From IMG/VR virus record IMGVR_UViG_3300032030_000024, positions 32,001 to 96,000 of that record: a DNA stretch of 64,000 bases; one strand, 5' to 3'. The DNA is from a virus. Lineage: Duplodnaviria > Caudoviricetes. Under the pieces are notes generated by a model that saw only the letters and a program-made list of their open reading frames with translations, made no database searches and was not told the origin of the DNA. Within the stretch, counting starts at the first letter, position 1, and every line of letters begins with the position of its first letter. Below are positions 1-8,017 of the stretch, one piece after another. Both the position numbers and the translations under genes were made by a program.

Positions 1-190
1 CCAGCGGGCTTCCCGTCCCACCTCCCCCGCCGCCCTGCGGCAGGTTCTCCACGTCCTCGATCAGGCTGTTGAGGACATCCTGCGTCTCTGACACGGACTG
101 TGACAGCGCATTCCATTCAGACGCGCTGCAGGTGTCACCGCTACTCTTCTCAACGTGGACGTATGTCGGTATTATCTTCTCTGTTTCCAT
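1..190 (-). CDS. Partial ORF running off the window (METEKIIPTYVHVEKSSGD...), probable tail/virion-associated protein
   Basis: ATG at 190, open to the window edge, directly downstream of tail-fibre-associated genes. Confidence 0.5.
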   Translation of the reverse strand, partial: METEKIIPTYVHVEKSSGDTCSASEWNALSQSVSETQDVLNSLIEDVENLPQGGGGGGTGSPL

Positions 191-196
191 GATTTC

Positions 197-628
197 TTAT
201 GTTAGTATAATCGGGAATGCGCACCCAAAAGTCCATTCGTGTACTCTGCTGTTACAGTTTGTCGCCATCACACGCTCATAGCGGACGGCCATCCCGTCCG
301 TACCCGCACAGCGGCAGCTCCTTGGCTCACACGGGCATACGCCGACATCCACGAGGTGCCGCATGTCGGTCACGCCCTGTGTGCCGTCGGCAAAGTCCGT
401 ATCTCTCAGGTGACACGTCAGCGTGGCATAGTAGGAGCCATTGCGGACTTCCGGCATGACGAAATACCATCTGCCGTCGGTGTCACGCAGGAAGTCCCTC
501 TTGCCGATGACGTATCTCGGCTGGCCATACCTGTTGCGTATGGTCAGCGAGAAGTCGTCATGGTCAAGGGTGAACCCGTCCAGCTCTACCGACAGCCTGT
601 ACTTCAGATCAGTTCCCGGTGCTATCAT
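197..628 (-). CDS. Hypothetical tail-associated protein (likely start MIAPGTDLKY at 628)
   Basis: ORF track 197..748; the ATG at 628 lies just after the stop of the upstream gene. Confidence 0.55.
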   Translation of the reverse strand: MIAPGTDLKYRLSVELDGFTLDHDDFSLTIRNRYGQPRYVIGKRDFLRDTDGRWYFVMPEVRNGSYYATLTCHLRDTDFADGTQGVTDMRHLVDVGVCPCEPRSCRCAGTDGMAVRYERVMATNCNSRVHEWTFGCAFPIILT

Positions 629-632
629 AGGT

Positions 633-1139
633 TCACTCGATGTATTTTTCGTAAACAGACCAGTCGATGCTGTCCTTCTCAGCCCAGCCGTCGGCCAGCT
701 GCTGGTTCTTGTAGTCCATCCACGTGCCGAAGAAGTCAATAAGGGCATTGACGCTCGTGAAGGTGTGATAGACGGGCGTTCCGTCAGGCTGCTCGCCGAT
801 CTTCCGCTTCATGGGGAGGGTCGCCCCCTCGGTCTGCAGGGCACGGTCGTAGTCTGCCTTCCAGTTCATCTGGTTCTCCTCGGAGAGCCATACCGGCTTG
901 CCGTTCCATGTGAGGCCGCTGGTGATGCGCTCCCTGACACGCTGGTTGATGTCTTCCGTGATGGCGGCCTTGACGGCCTTCATGTCCGGCTCGCCGTCAC
1001 GCTTGTGATAGAAATACACCTCATGCCACGTGGCATGAATACCGTCTGGCTCCGGCTGCTGTCCGTAGCAGACCACGGTGCGACTACGCTCCTTTCTGAC
1101 AGGGGCGTACAGTGCTGATATTCCATAAACTTTGCTCAT
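633..1139 (-). CDS. DUF4376-like tail-fibre-associated protein
   Basis: I-x-SGLTWNG-x-PVWLS-x-ENQ-x-N and C-terminal GW-x-EKDSIDWSVY pattern typical of Bacteroidales phage proteins beside fibre genes. Confidence 0.6.
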   Translation of the reverse strand: MSKVYGISALYAPVRKERSRTVVCYGQQPEPDGIHATWHEVYFYHKRDGEPDMKAVKAAITEDINQRVRERITSGLTWNGKPVWLSEENQMNWKADYDRALQTEGATLPMKRKIGEQPDGTPVYHTFTSVNALIDFFGTWMDYKNQQLADGWAEKDSIDWSVYEKYIE

Positions 1140-1201
1140 CGTTCTATGAATCTTTTATCGTTTGATAATATCTTTTCGAAAGTGCGGGCCGGCGTGTAAG
1201 G

Positions 1202-3013
1202 CTACACGACGGCACGCATGGGAAATCCCTGTGACGCGCGGTGGAAACCGACTTCGCGTGTTCCGTCAGCCGAGCCCTTGAAACCGTATGCGAACAGCTT
1301 GTCGTTCTCGTCGACTTGGTGAAACGTTGACGACCAGTATTGGACGAACTCGTTGGGTTTGGCGACTTCATTGCCTCCATTTGCCCATCCACAGGCAGGC
1401 AAGAAGATGGAACTGTTGTTCACTCTTGACGTGAACCGGATGCCATTCCTGCTGTCCACCTGTACATACTCGGCCTCACAGTTGGCGATGAGCTCTTCAA
1501 ACTCAGCCTTCGTCGGCATGCGGCAAGGTGTACCCAGGGCTGCCAGAACGGCATCATGGCTTGCGTCGTTGCTGGCTATGCTTGCCCTCAAGGAGCATCC
1601 AGGCGAGTCAGGATAATACTCGGTGTCGGCGAACTTGACACCGTCAACGAATCTCGTCCCGCTCAGAAGATGGCCGTCGATGTTACCCCATGAGTAGAAG
1701 CATCCGGGTTCGGTCGGCTGGCCGATAGTGTAATTTCCCTGGCCGTCCTTGGTGATGTTTCCCTCGGCCCACAGCGTCCCGGAGGGCAGGCCAAGGTCGA
1801 CAAAGCCTGTCGGCACCACTTTCAGCCGCACAGTCTTCGTGGCCGAGACAGTACCGCCGCCTTCGAGCGTCGCCGTGATGGTCAGTGTCACTTCCATCGT
1901 GTTGGACGGCATCGAGGAGACCGTAAGCGTTGCGCCTGCCACCCCGTTGGCAGATACGATGATGTTACCGCCATACGACGTGTTGACGCTGGCGGCCAGC
2001 GAGGCGATGCCACGGTTGTAGTTGGCAGGAAGGATGCTTCCGATGGTGTAGGCGTATGTCCCTGCTGCGATAATCGTCTCATCACCGCTGATGGCGAACG
2101 ACGAGACGGGGATGCTCTGCACCGTCAGCGTCTCCGTCTGTGTATAGACATTGCCCTTGGCATCGGTGGCCGTAATCAGGAGCGAGTACTCCCGCGTGGC
2201 TGCCGGAATGCTGATGACGGTTGCCTTCAGCCGCAGGTTCTGGAGGCTGTCGAGGGCTACTGACAGGTACGCGTCCGAGCTGGCGCTGCTGCCTCCGTAG
2301 GACAGCTCTGCCCTGACGGATACCACGGGAACGGTGTACTCCGCGTTGACGGGTATCAGGACAAGGTTGCTGTCACCCGTCTCCGTCAGGGTCTCCGTAC
2401 CGCTCACGGTGAATCCTCCCATGAGCACCAGCTTCCTTGCCGTCACAGTGACCTTCTCAGACTCGATGCCTCCTGGGATAAACGCAGAGATTCCTACGTT
2501 CACGTCAGTGTTCACGGACGGGACTGTCAGGACACCCGTGCTGCAGTTCAGCGAGAACCCGTTGAGCGTGGCCGTGCCGTTATTCTCTTCGACGGGTGTG
2601 TTCCCGTTCCAGAGGCGGAAGTGTGCAGTGCCCGACGTGTTGGAGATGGTGGCCGCGAATCTTACGGTGTCCCCGCCGAAGACCACACACGCATTGCCGT
2701 GGATGGTGGTGTCGCTCGAAGTGACGGTGATGCTCGGAGTGAACGTTGCAGCGATGTCATCCTCGTGCAGCAGCTTGGACGTGTTGCCTGCATCGTATGC
2801 GACGGCATCCGCTTCGCTGTGGAAGAACTGCAGCTTCCCGTGATGGACGCGGGAGTACCCGTAGCTCTCTTTGATTTCCTCATTGTTGGCGGCGATTGCC
2901 TCTGGAATCCCATTCAGGAAGGTACGGTCGTGTACGTCATCAAGAAGACCTTGAACCTCCTGCTTGTTATAGCTGAGGTAGCGTGGGTCGATGTTTACTT
3001 TTCTGGTTGCCAT
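1202..3013 (-). CDS. Tail fibre/adhesin: Ig-like beta-rich repeats plus a C-terminal 'VDLGLPSGTLWA' (C-type-lectin-like) domain
   Basis: Thr/Ser/Val-rich repeated beta segments; C-terminal motifs VDLGLPSGTLWA, FYSWG, RMPT-x-AEFEEL, IFLPA-x-G, YWSST, G-x-P-x-RAV. Confidence 0.7.
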   Translation of the reverse strand: MATRKVNIDPRYLSYNKQEVQGLLDDVHDRTFLNGIPEAIAANNEEIKESYGYSRVHHGKLQFFHSEADAVAYDAGNTSKLLHEDDIAATFTPSITVTSSDTTIHGNACVVFGGDTVRFAATISNTSGTAHFRLWNGNTPVEENNGTATLNGFSLNCSTGVLTVPSVNTDVNVGISAFIPGGIESEKVTVTARKLVLMGGFTVSGTETLTETGDSNLVLIPVNAEYTVPVVSVRAELSYGGSSASSDAYLSVALDSLQNLRLKATVISIPAATREYSLLITATDAKGNVYTQTETLTVQSIPVSSFAISGDETIIAAGTYAYTIGSILPANYNRGIASLAASVNTSYGGNIIVSANGVAGATLTVSSMPSNTMEVTLTITATLEGGGTVSATKTVRLKVVPTGFVDLGLPSGTLWAEGNITKDGQGNYTIGQPTEPGCFYSWGNIDGHLLSGTRFVDGVKFADTEYYPDSPGCSLRASIASNDASHDAVLAALGTPCRMPTKAEFEELIANCEAEYVQVDSRNGIRFTSRVNNSSIFLPACGWANGGNEVAKPNEFVQYWSSTFHQVDENDKLFAYGFKGSADGTREVGFHRASQGFPMRAVV

Positions 3014-3258
3014 TATCTTTTTGTTTTTGGTTGGTGTTTATGGGAATATTGGTTTTCTTGCCATAACTCTTATGTTTGATGAATAAATATTAATCAGCGG
3101 CAAATTTATCGAAAAGTATTTATCCAACAAACGTTTTAACAAATATTATGTGAATTTTTTAAGTTAAAAATATGACATATATGCGCAAAAGCGGCTTTTT
3201 AGTTGCATATATGGCAATTATCTGCTGATTGCTGGTGCAAGGGTACAAAAACAAGAAA

Positions 3259-3289
3259 AGGGGCGGCAACCACATCGGTTATCGCCCCT
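3259..3289 (-). terminator. Putative intrinsic terminator hairpin
   Basis: AGGGGCGGCAACC / GGTTATCGCCCCT imperfect inverted repeat followed by a T-rich run on the minus strand. Confidence 0.45.
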
Positions 3290-3407
3290 AAAACGAAATT
3301 ACCCTTAGTGCGGCCTTTTACGGCCTTTTCTTTTGCGGGGGTGACACAGTTGCCAACCCAGTATATTTTGTGCGCCCTACGGCCTTTTCTGTGCGTCGTG
3401 CGGCCGT

Positions 3408-3635
3408 CTATTCGAAATACATGCTGTCACAGATAATGCTTACGCCGCCATGCCAGTCGAGTCCTTGTATCGATGATGCCTCTTGAAAGGTGAACTCGCC
3501 GCAGACGTACTCCTCGGCATAACTGCCGTTGATGCTGTACTCGTCGACGGCTGCTGCGAAATACGGTGCGGCCACGAGTGCCATGCCACCGCAATAGCCG
3601 TGCCTGCTTTTTGGCCTTAACTGAAATACATCCAT
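3408..3635 (-). CDS. Small hypothetical protein
   Basis: Tightly packed after 3640..4080 in the same short operon. Confidence 0.55.
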   Translation of the reverse strand: MDVFQLRPKSRHGYCGGMALVAAPYFAAAVDEYSINGSYAEEYVCGEFTFQEASSIQGLDWHGGVSIICDSMYFE

Positions 3636-3639
3636 ACCT

Positions 3640-4080
3640 TTATATGCTCAGTCCTTCTACCTTGCGGATGAACATGTCTGGCTTTGCCCATTTATTCTCG
3701 TCAAAGGACTTTGGCAGCTCTTTGTCTACCAAAAACACCATGCGGCCAATGCTGCAGATGTTACTGCCACCGTCGAAGTGGTCGTACTTATAGTCAAGAT
3801 TGACTGATACCACGTAATACTTCTCACTTGCCTTGTAATAGCGGTCTTTCTCGTCCTTCGGTGTGATGGCCACCATGAAGCCGTCTACTACAAGCTTCTC
3901 GAACATCATGGGCATCTGCCGAATCGGTGCACTCTCAAACCGATATAGCAGAAGGTCTTGATGCTTGTTCTCGAATACCTCCGTATCTTTTACCTGCTCA
4001 CTTACGCCAAGCCGTGCCAGTGTCATGTTTACCTCACTGAGGATATACTCTCTAACGTCGTTTCTGATTAATGTCTTCAT
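3640..4080 (-). CDS. Hypothetical protein
   Basis: 146-aa ORF with the same ACGAGT-ATG start context seen at other early genes. Confidence 0.6.
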   Translation of the reverse strand: MKTLIRNDVREYILSEVNMTLARLGVSEQVKDTEVFENKHQDLLLYRFESAPIRQMPMMFEKLVVDGFMVAITPKDEKDRYYKASEKYYVVSVNLDYKYDHFDGGSNICSIGRMVFLVDKELPKSFDENKWAKPDMFIRKVEGLSI

Positions 4081-4123
4081 ACTCGTATATTATAAAGGTG
4101 ATACTTCTTTATCGTGGTGGGGC

Positions 4124-4525
4124 TTAGTTGTATAAGCCCATCCTCTTCAACTTCTTTGTCACGCCATCGCTGATGTCTTTCAGTTCAAAGGCTCTGCTGA
4201 CGTGCTCGCCCGTTGCCCTCTCATATACATAAGGCTCTGCGCCATCGTAGGGGCTGTAAAGGTTAGCCATATAGATGTCTGCGTAATCCGTGCCGCAATT
4301 CTCTACGGCGTACTTGTTGGCCTCGTAGATTCTCTTGGCCTCGGCCTCGGTCAGCCCCTTGGCGATAATCACCTCATCGGGTGCTTTTGCGCCGCAAGGC
4401 AGCTCGTTGAAGCAGTCGGTATATACGAACCAGCTGTGCTTGTAGGTCTCGCTCTTCTCAACCTTGTCGGTGAACCTGTACCAATCCTGCCAAGTGTTGA
4501 TGCTGTTGATGATGTTCTGTACCAT
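4124..4525 (-). CDS. Hypothetical protein (likely start MVQNIINS at 4525)
   Basis: The longer ORF-track start runs into the promoter module; ATG 4525 follows the conserved GACGAGT leader. Confidence 0.6.
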   Translation of the reverse strand: MVQNIINSINTWQDWYRFTDKVEKSETYKHSWFVYTDCFNELPCGAKAPDEVIIAKGLTEAEAKRIYEANKYAVENCGTDYADIYMANLYSPYDGAEPYVYERATGEHVSRAFELKDISDGVTKKLKRMGLYN

Positions 4526-4680
4526 ACTCGTCTTGCGCCGTGTTTGGGTCTTGCGCTCTTGACCTCTAAGGGGGTGTTTCGTTTGTTGGTACAAAGATAC
4601 GAAAAGAATGGCAATGGTGCAAGAAAGACCGCCATTTCTTAGCTTTAGTTAGCTATAAAGGCGGTCTTTTAGCTTTTGTA
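4526..4680 (-). promoter_or_regulatory. Repeated promoter module, copy 1 (Bacteroidetes sigma-A promoter, upstream TTAGCTTTAGTTAGC box, conserved 5' UTR)
   Basis: TATCTTTG on the minus strand at 4592-4599; box at 4639-4653; UTR nearly identical to 15072-15118. Confidence 0.7.
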
Positions 4681-4699
4681 ACCAAAAAGACGATAGCAC

Positions 4700-4867
4700 T
4701 CACCGCCTTTTCAGCGTCAGCCTAATAAGGTCGTTGCTGGAGAAGAAACCGTCCACGGCTCCTTCCTTGCAGTCTCTCTTTGCCCTTGCCAGCTGCTCCT
4801 CCGACAAGTCCTTTACGGACAGCCCGTAGGTCGCCAGCCGCTGCTTTAACTCGTTGTCCTTTGCCAT
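4700..4867 (-). CDS. 55-aa hypothetical protein (MAKDNELKQRLATYG...), last gene of the array operon, without the leader
   Basis: Translated by hand; ATG 4867, TGA 4700-4702; below the ORF-track cutoff. Confidence 0.5.
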   Translation of the reverse strand: MAKDNELKQRLATYGLSVKDLSEEQLARAKRDCKEGAVDGFFSSNDLIRLTLKRR

Positions 4868-4870
4868 AGC

Positions 4871-5101
4871 CTACCTCCTTTCCAGTTGTCCTATCTTCCT
4901 GTTCAGTACGTTCATCCGTGAGCTGTATTCTGCCTCGGATAACTCACCACGGGCATACATCTGCATCACCCCGGCCTTCTGCTGACGGTACAGGTCGAGA
5001 TAGTCACTCACCGTGTGGCCGCTTGCACGTGCCTTGTCGCTGCGCATGGCGTTCAACGGGCTAACGCTCGATTCCCTTGCCACAGTGCTTTCTTTTGCCA
5101 T
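4871..5101 (-). CDS. Leader-tagged array protein (MAKESTVARESSVSPLNAM)
   Basis: Full match to the shared leader; short basic helical body. Confidence 0.75.
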   Translation of the reverse strand: MAKESTVARESSVSPLNAMRSDKARASGHTVSDYLDLYRQQKAGVMQMYARGELSEAEYSSRMNVLNRKIGQLERR

Positions 5102-5102
5102 A

Positions 5103-5705
5103 TTAACCTCCTATTTTTTTGATTATTCGTTTTATTCTTTCCTTAAATGCCTTGTCATCGCGATTCACCCTTGCCTCGGCATAGTCTATCTTCTGACCTT
5201 TGTGGTCAACGCGATAGACGTGCTTTTCCATATCTCGGTTCACCTGCGAGCGGATGGACTCAAACTGCGTCGGGTTGTCCCGAAAACGCTCCGCCACCTT
5301 CTTTCCTTTCGGTGTGTTTCTAATGTCACCCCATTTTCTGTCAAGTGCCTCGGCTACGTTGCGAAGCTTGGTGCTTCCGTAGTAGTCGTTGATATCATCC
5401 TCACCACCCTTGTTGAACCACCCGTCAGGGTCAAGTCCGAAGAACGGATACCATTTACCGCTTTCCACGCTGTACTTCCTTCCTTGGCCAGTCGAGAGGT
5501 AGAATGGCATATCCACACCATTGATGTTGACGATGACTATCTTTCTGTCAGCGAGGTCTATCATGCCTTGATACACACCATCTATTTTCATCTTGTGAAA
5601 GTGTGTTCCCTCTGGCAGACCATCGGATTTTATCCTGGGTGCAGTGCCCATTGCATTCAATGGGCTGACACTTCCCTCTCGCACTGCTACTACTTCTGCA
5701 CTCAT
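5103..5705 (-). CDS. Leader-tagged array protein (MSAEVVAVREGSVSPLNAM) with an uncharacterised globular domain
   Basis: Shared leader; body contains PFYLSTG...GKWYPFFG...GWFNKG. Confidence 0.75.
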   Translation of the reverse strand: MSAEVVAVREGSVSPLNAMGTAPRIKSDGLPEGTHFHKMKIDGVYQGMIDLADRKIVIVNINGVDMPFYLSTGQGRKYSVESGKWYPFFGLDPDGWFNKGGEDDINDYYGSTKLRNVAEALDRKWGDIRNTPKGKKVAERFRDNPTQFESIRSQVNRDMEKHVYRVDHKGQKIDYAEARVNRDDKAFKERIKRIIKKIGG

Positions 5706-5708
5706 AGC

Positions 5709-6338
5709 TTACCCTTTCTTCTTAGTATATTTCCAACCAAGCTCATCAGCCACAAGTTTGTTTATCTTGTGAAAGAATGTCACTGCATAGCGGTTATAGG
5801 CCGTCTGCGAGCCTCGCATGAGGTCGTAGTACGTCTGTCCGTTCACCGTCACCTCGTCAGCCGCCTTTTTGTACGCCCTGCGGACAGCCGCCTGCGTCAC
5901 GCCCCACTTGTCACCGTTCCGCTTGATGGAGAAGGTATAGGTTGGAGTGACGGCACGTATCTCCTTCGCATTGAACTTCACTGCAAGCACGGCATCCTCC
6001 GCAGAGAAGGAGTTGCCGATGCGCATATAGCCGCGTTCCGAGAGCGCCGACGGGTGGTTGTGCGTCATGATGAGGTTCTCGCCCGGCACGTCACTGTCGC
6101 GGAGTGACACGCGGTCGCGCTTCCCCTGCTTGCGGTTGAGCTGGTTGCCTGCATCGTCGTAGAAGGCCATCGCCTCGTTCTCCTCCTGCCGCTGGCGGTT
6201 CTCGTAGGAGAGGATGGCACGTTTCAGCGAAGCGGAATAGCCGTTCTCCGTCACCCCGCCTACCGTCCTCACGTCACCGCGCACGGCGTTGCCAGCGTTT
6301 GCCGTGGAGTGCTCCCTTGCCGATGTTACCTCTTTCAT
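5709..6338 (-). CDS. Leader-tagged array protein with a JAB/MPN-like metal-binding domain
   Basis: Leader MKEVTSAREHSTANAGNAV; upstream E, THNHP and SFS-x-x-D motif. Confidence 0.7.
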   Translation of the reverse strand: MKEVTSAREHSTANAGNAVRGDVRTVGGVTENGYSASLKRAILSYENRQRQEENEAMAFYDDAGNQLNRKQGKRDRVSLRDSDVPGENLIMTHNHPSALSERGYMRIGNSFSAEDAVLAVKFNAKEIRAVTPTYTFSIKRNGDKWGVTQAAVRRAYKKAADEVTVNGQTYYDLMRGSQTAYNRYAVTFFHKINKLVADELGWKYTKKKG

Positions 6339-6344
6339 ACCTTA

Positions 6345-6692
6345 TTACCTGCTTACTATTTCATCCCACGCGAGCTTTCGCCACTTGCGGACATTAGCCC
6401 TTGCCGAATCGGAAATACGATAACTCGTGCTGAAATGCTCTGCCACGGCATAGAAATTGCCAAGCTGCCTGTCGGTCATTGCTTCACGCTCCAGATACTT
6501 GAAAGCATCCGCATTATCGGCATTCCTCTTTTCAAGATGCCGCGTTATGGCGTTGTACTCCTTGTCGGGAATCTTGTTCACGTCACGTGGGACACGTATC
6601 TTGCCGATATACCGCGTCCGTGAATTGCTCGGCCTTACCGCGTTTAACGGCTTTGCCGAACTTTCTCTTGCTGTTGTCACCTCCTGTGCCAT
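6345..6692 (-). CDS. Leader-tagged array protein (MAQEVTTARESSAKPLNAV)
   Basis: Full leader match; Arg/Lys-rich body. Confidence 0.75.
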   Translation of the reverse strand: MAQEVTTARESSAKPLNAVRPSNSRTRYIGKIRVPRDVNKIPDKEYNAITRHLEKRNADNADAFKYLEREAMTDRQLGNFYAVAEHFSTSYRISDSARANVRKWRKLAWDEIVSR

Positions 6693-6703
6693 ACTACCAA
6701 CAT

Positions 6704-6973
6704 TTAAGCTGTCATGTTTATGTATTTCATATTAGCCTCCATTTCCCTGATGCGAAAGTTCAGGTACTCGATGCTTTTCTCAGCTGCATAACGCTCACGG
6801 TTGTCTGAGGCGTATGTGTAGCGGTCTTCCGCTTCTTGCAGCTGCCCACGGTACTTGTCACGCAGCTGCGCATACTCACGGTACGCTCTCTGCCTGCGGG
6901 CTTTGTCACCGTCCGATACTGCGTTGAGCGTCTTCGCCCTTGCTTCCCTTGCAATATATGCCTCTGCTGCCAT
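6704..6973 (-). CDS. Leader-tagged array protein (MAAEAYIAREARAKTLNAV), coiled-coil body
   Basis: Leader match. Confidence 0.75.
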   Translation of the reverse strand: MAAEAYIAREARAKTLNAVSDGDKARRQRAYREYAQLRDKYRGQLQEAEDRYTYASDNRERYAAEKSIEYLNFRIREMEANMKYINMTA

Positions 6974-6979
6974 AGCCCT

Positions 6980-7408
6980 TTACTTTTTGGTCTTTTTTCG
7001 GATTATCAGCCGATGCTCGTTCTTCCACGGGTCTGTCGAGCGCAGCTCTAAGATTCCATCGGTGCGGTCAGCTGCTTTCCAGTTGGTCTCTCCCAAGCCA
7101 GAACGGTTAAGAGCCTCTGCCACCTTTTTTGCACCACCGCCAACGGAATTTCCTACGACATAGTCAAACGCTCGTCTCTGGTCTTCCGTTCCAATATTCT
7201 TCAAGAACGGATATTTTTCACGCCTCAGTTTCTCGGTTAGGGCAAACGTGTGATTAGTGACGGCCATAGGAGTGCCATCTTTCCCCACTACCGTTGCCCT
7301 GTAGTTGCTTCTGAAATCACTTATGACTCTATCGGCTCTCCCAGGAGACCCTGTTGCGTTGAGCGGCCTTGCCTTGCTCTCACGCGCTATCGATACCTCT
7401 GCTGCCAT
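6980..7408 (-). CDS. Leader-tagged array protein (MAAEVSIARESKARPLNAT)
   Basis: Full leader match. Confidence 0.75.
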   Translation of the reverse strand: MAAEVSIARESKARPLNATGSPGRADRVISDFRSNYRATVVGKDGTPMAVTNHTFALTEKLRREKYPFLKNIGTEDQRRAFDYVVGNSVGGGAKKVAEALNRSGLGETNWKAADRTDGILELRSTDPWKNEHRLIIRKKTKK

Positions 7409-7412
7409 AACA

Positions 7413-7724
7413 CTATACTATTATGCCGTTACTACGCCATATCTTCTTCTGAAGATCATCTATTTCCGCTTGTACCCTTGCTCTTTGCGGAGGAGGGTAG
7501 CTTGATACGCTTCTTCTCAGTGCGTCAAGACGCTGCTGCATCTGCCGCTGGGAAGAAGTCTGCGGCATGGTCAGCGCATCGAAATAGTCCTGCCTGCCAC
7601 CGTTCTTGTTCTGTGACGGGTAGGTTGCACGCCCAAGGCTTCTGTCTGTGCGCCTGCTGACGGCATTTGCTGCCCGCAGTCCCATCACTTTTGTTTACCT
7701 TGCAATTGTTGCTTCTTTAGCCAT
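7413..7724 (-). pseudogene. Leader-tagged array gene with an in-frame TAA at the conserved Glu (MAKEATIAR*TKVMGLRAANAV...)
   Basis: ATG 7724 is in frame with ORF 7413..7688; TAA at 7697-7695 sits where GAA is expected. Confidence 0.7.
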
Positions 7725-7729
7725 AGTAC

Positions 7730-7993
7730 TTAGTTTTTAATAACCAGTTTATAACCGTGCGGAAGGTCATAGTTCCCGTCCGCATTGTTCCACTTAGTAG
7801 GCTCATCGCGGTATGCTGAGTAGTCCCACAGACCGCTCTCCACGACCTTGCCCTTCTCGTTGTAGACCTTGACGTAGGAATCATCGTAGAATCCCCTGTC
7901 ACTCTTCGGCACTTTTGATGATCGCCGTGCCGTTCCCGTTGCGTTAAGGGGTCTGGCACCACCCTCTCTTGCTACTGTTGTCTCTTTTGCCAT
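7730..7993 (-). CDS. Leader-tagged array protein (MAKETTVAREGGARPLNAT)
   Basis: Full leader match. Confidence 0.75.
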   Translation of the reverse strand: MAKETTVAREGGARPLNATGTARRSSKVPKSDRGFYDDSYVKVYNEKGKVVESGLWDYSAYRDEPTKWNNADGNYDLPHGYKLVIKN

Positions 7994-8017
7994 AGAAAAT
8001 ATTTTTAAAGTTCTTTA

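Noticed and set aside
1140-1400. Complete diversity-generating retroelement
   Set aside because: No reverse transcriptase, Avd or template repeat was found in the window.
4525-4594. Shared 'LRGQERK...TRRKTSM' N-termini of ORFs 4124..4594 and 14463..15173 as a second leader family
   Set aside because: This is a translation of the repeated promoter/5' UTR DNA; the ORF-track starts lie in or upstream of the promoter.
5013-6107. Long plus-strand ORFs (e.g. 5013..6107, 12931..13632, 15336..16118, 40110..40901, 62315..63052)
   Set aside because: Antisense shadows of clear minus-strand genes, with no recognisable motifs.
7695-7697. Stop-codon recoding or suppression
   Set aside because: It is a single case; TAA, TAG and TGA all terminate well-defined genes here and no suppressor tRNA is seen.
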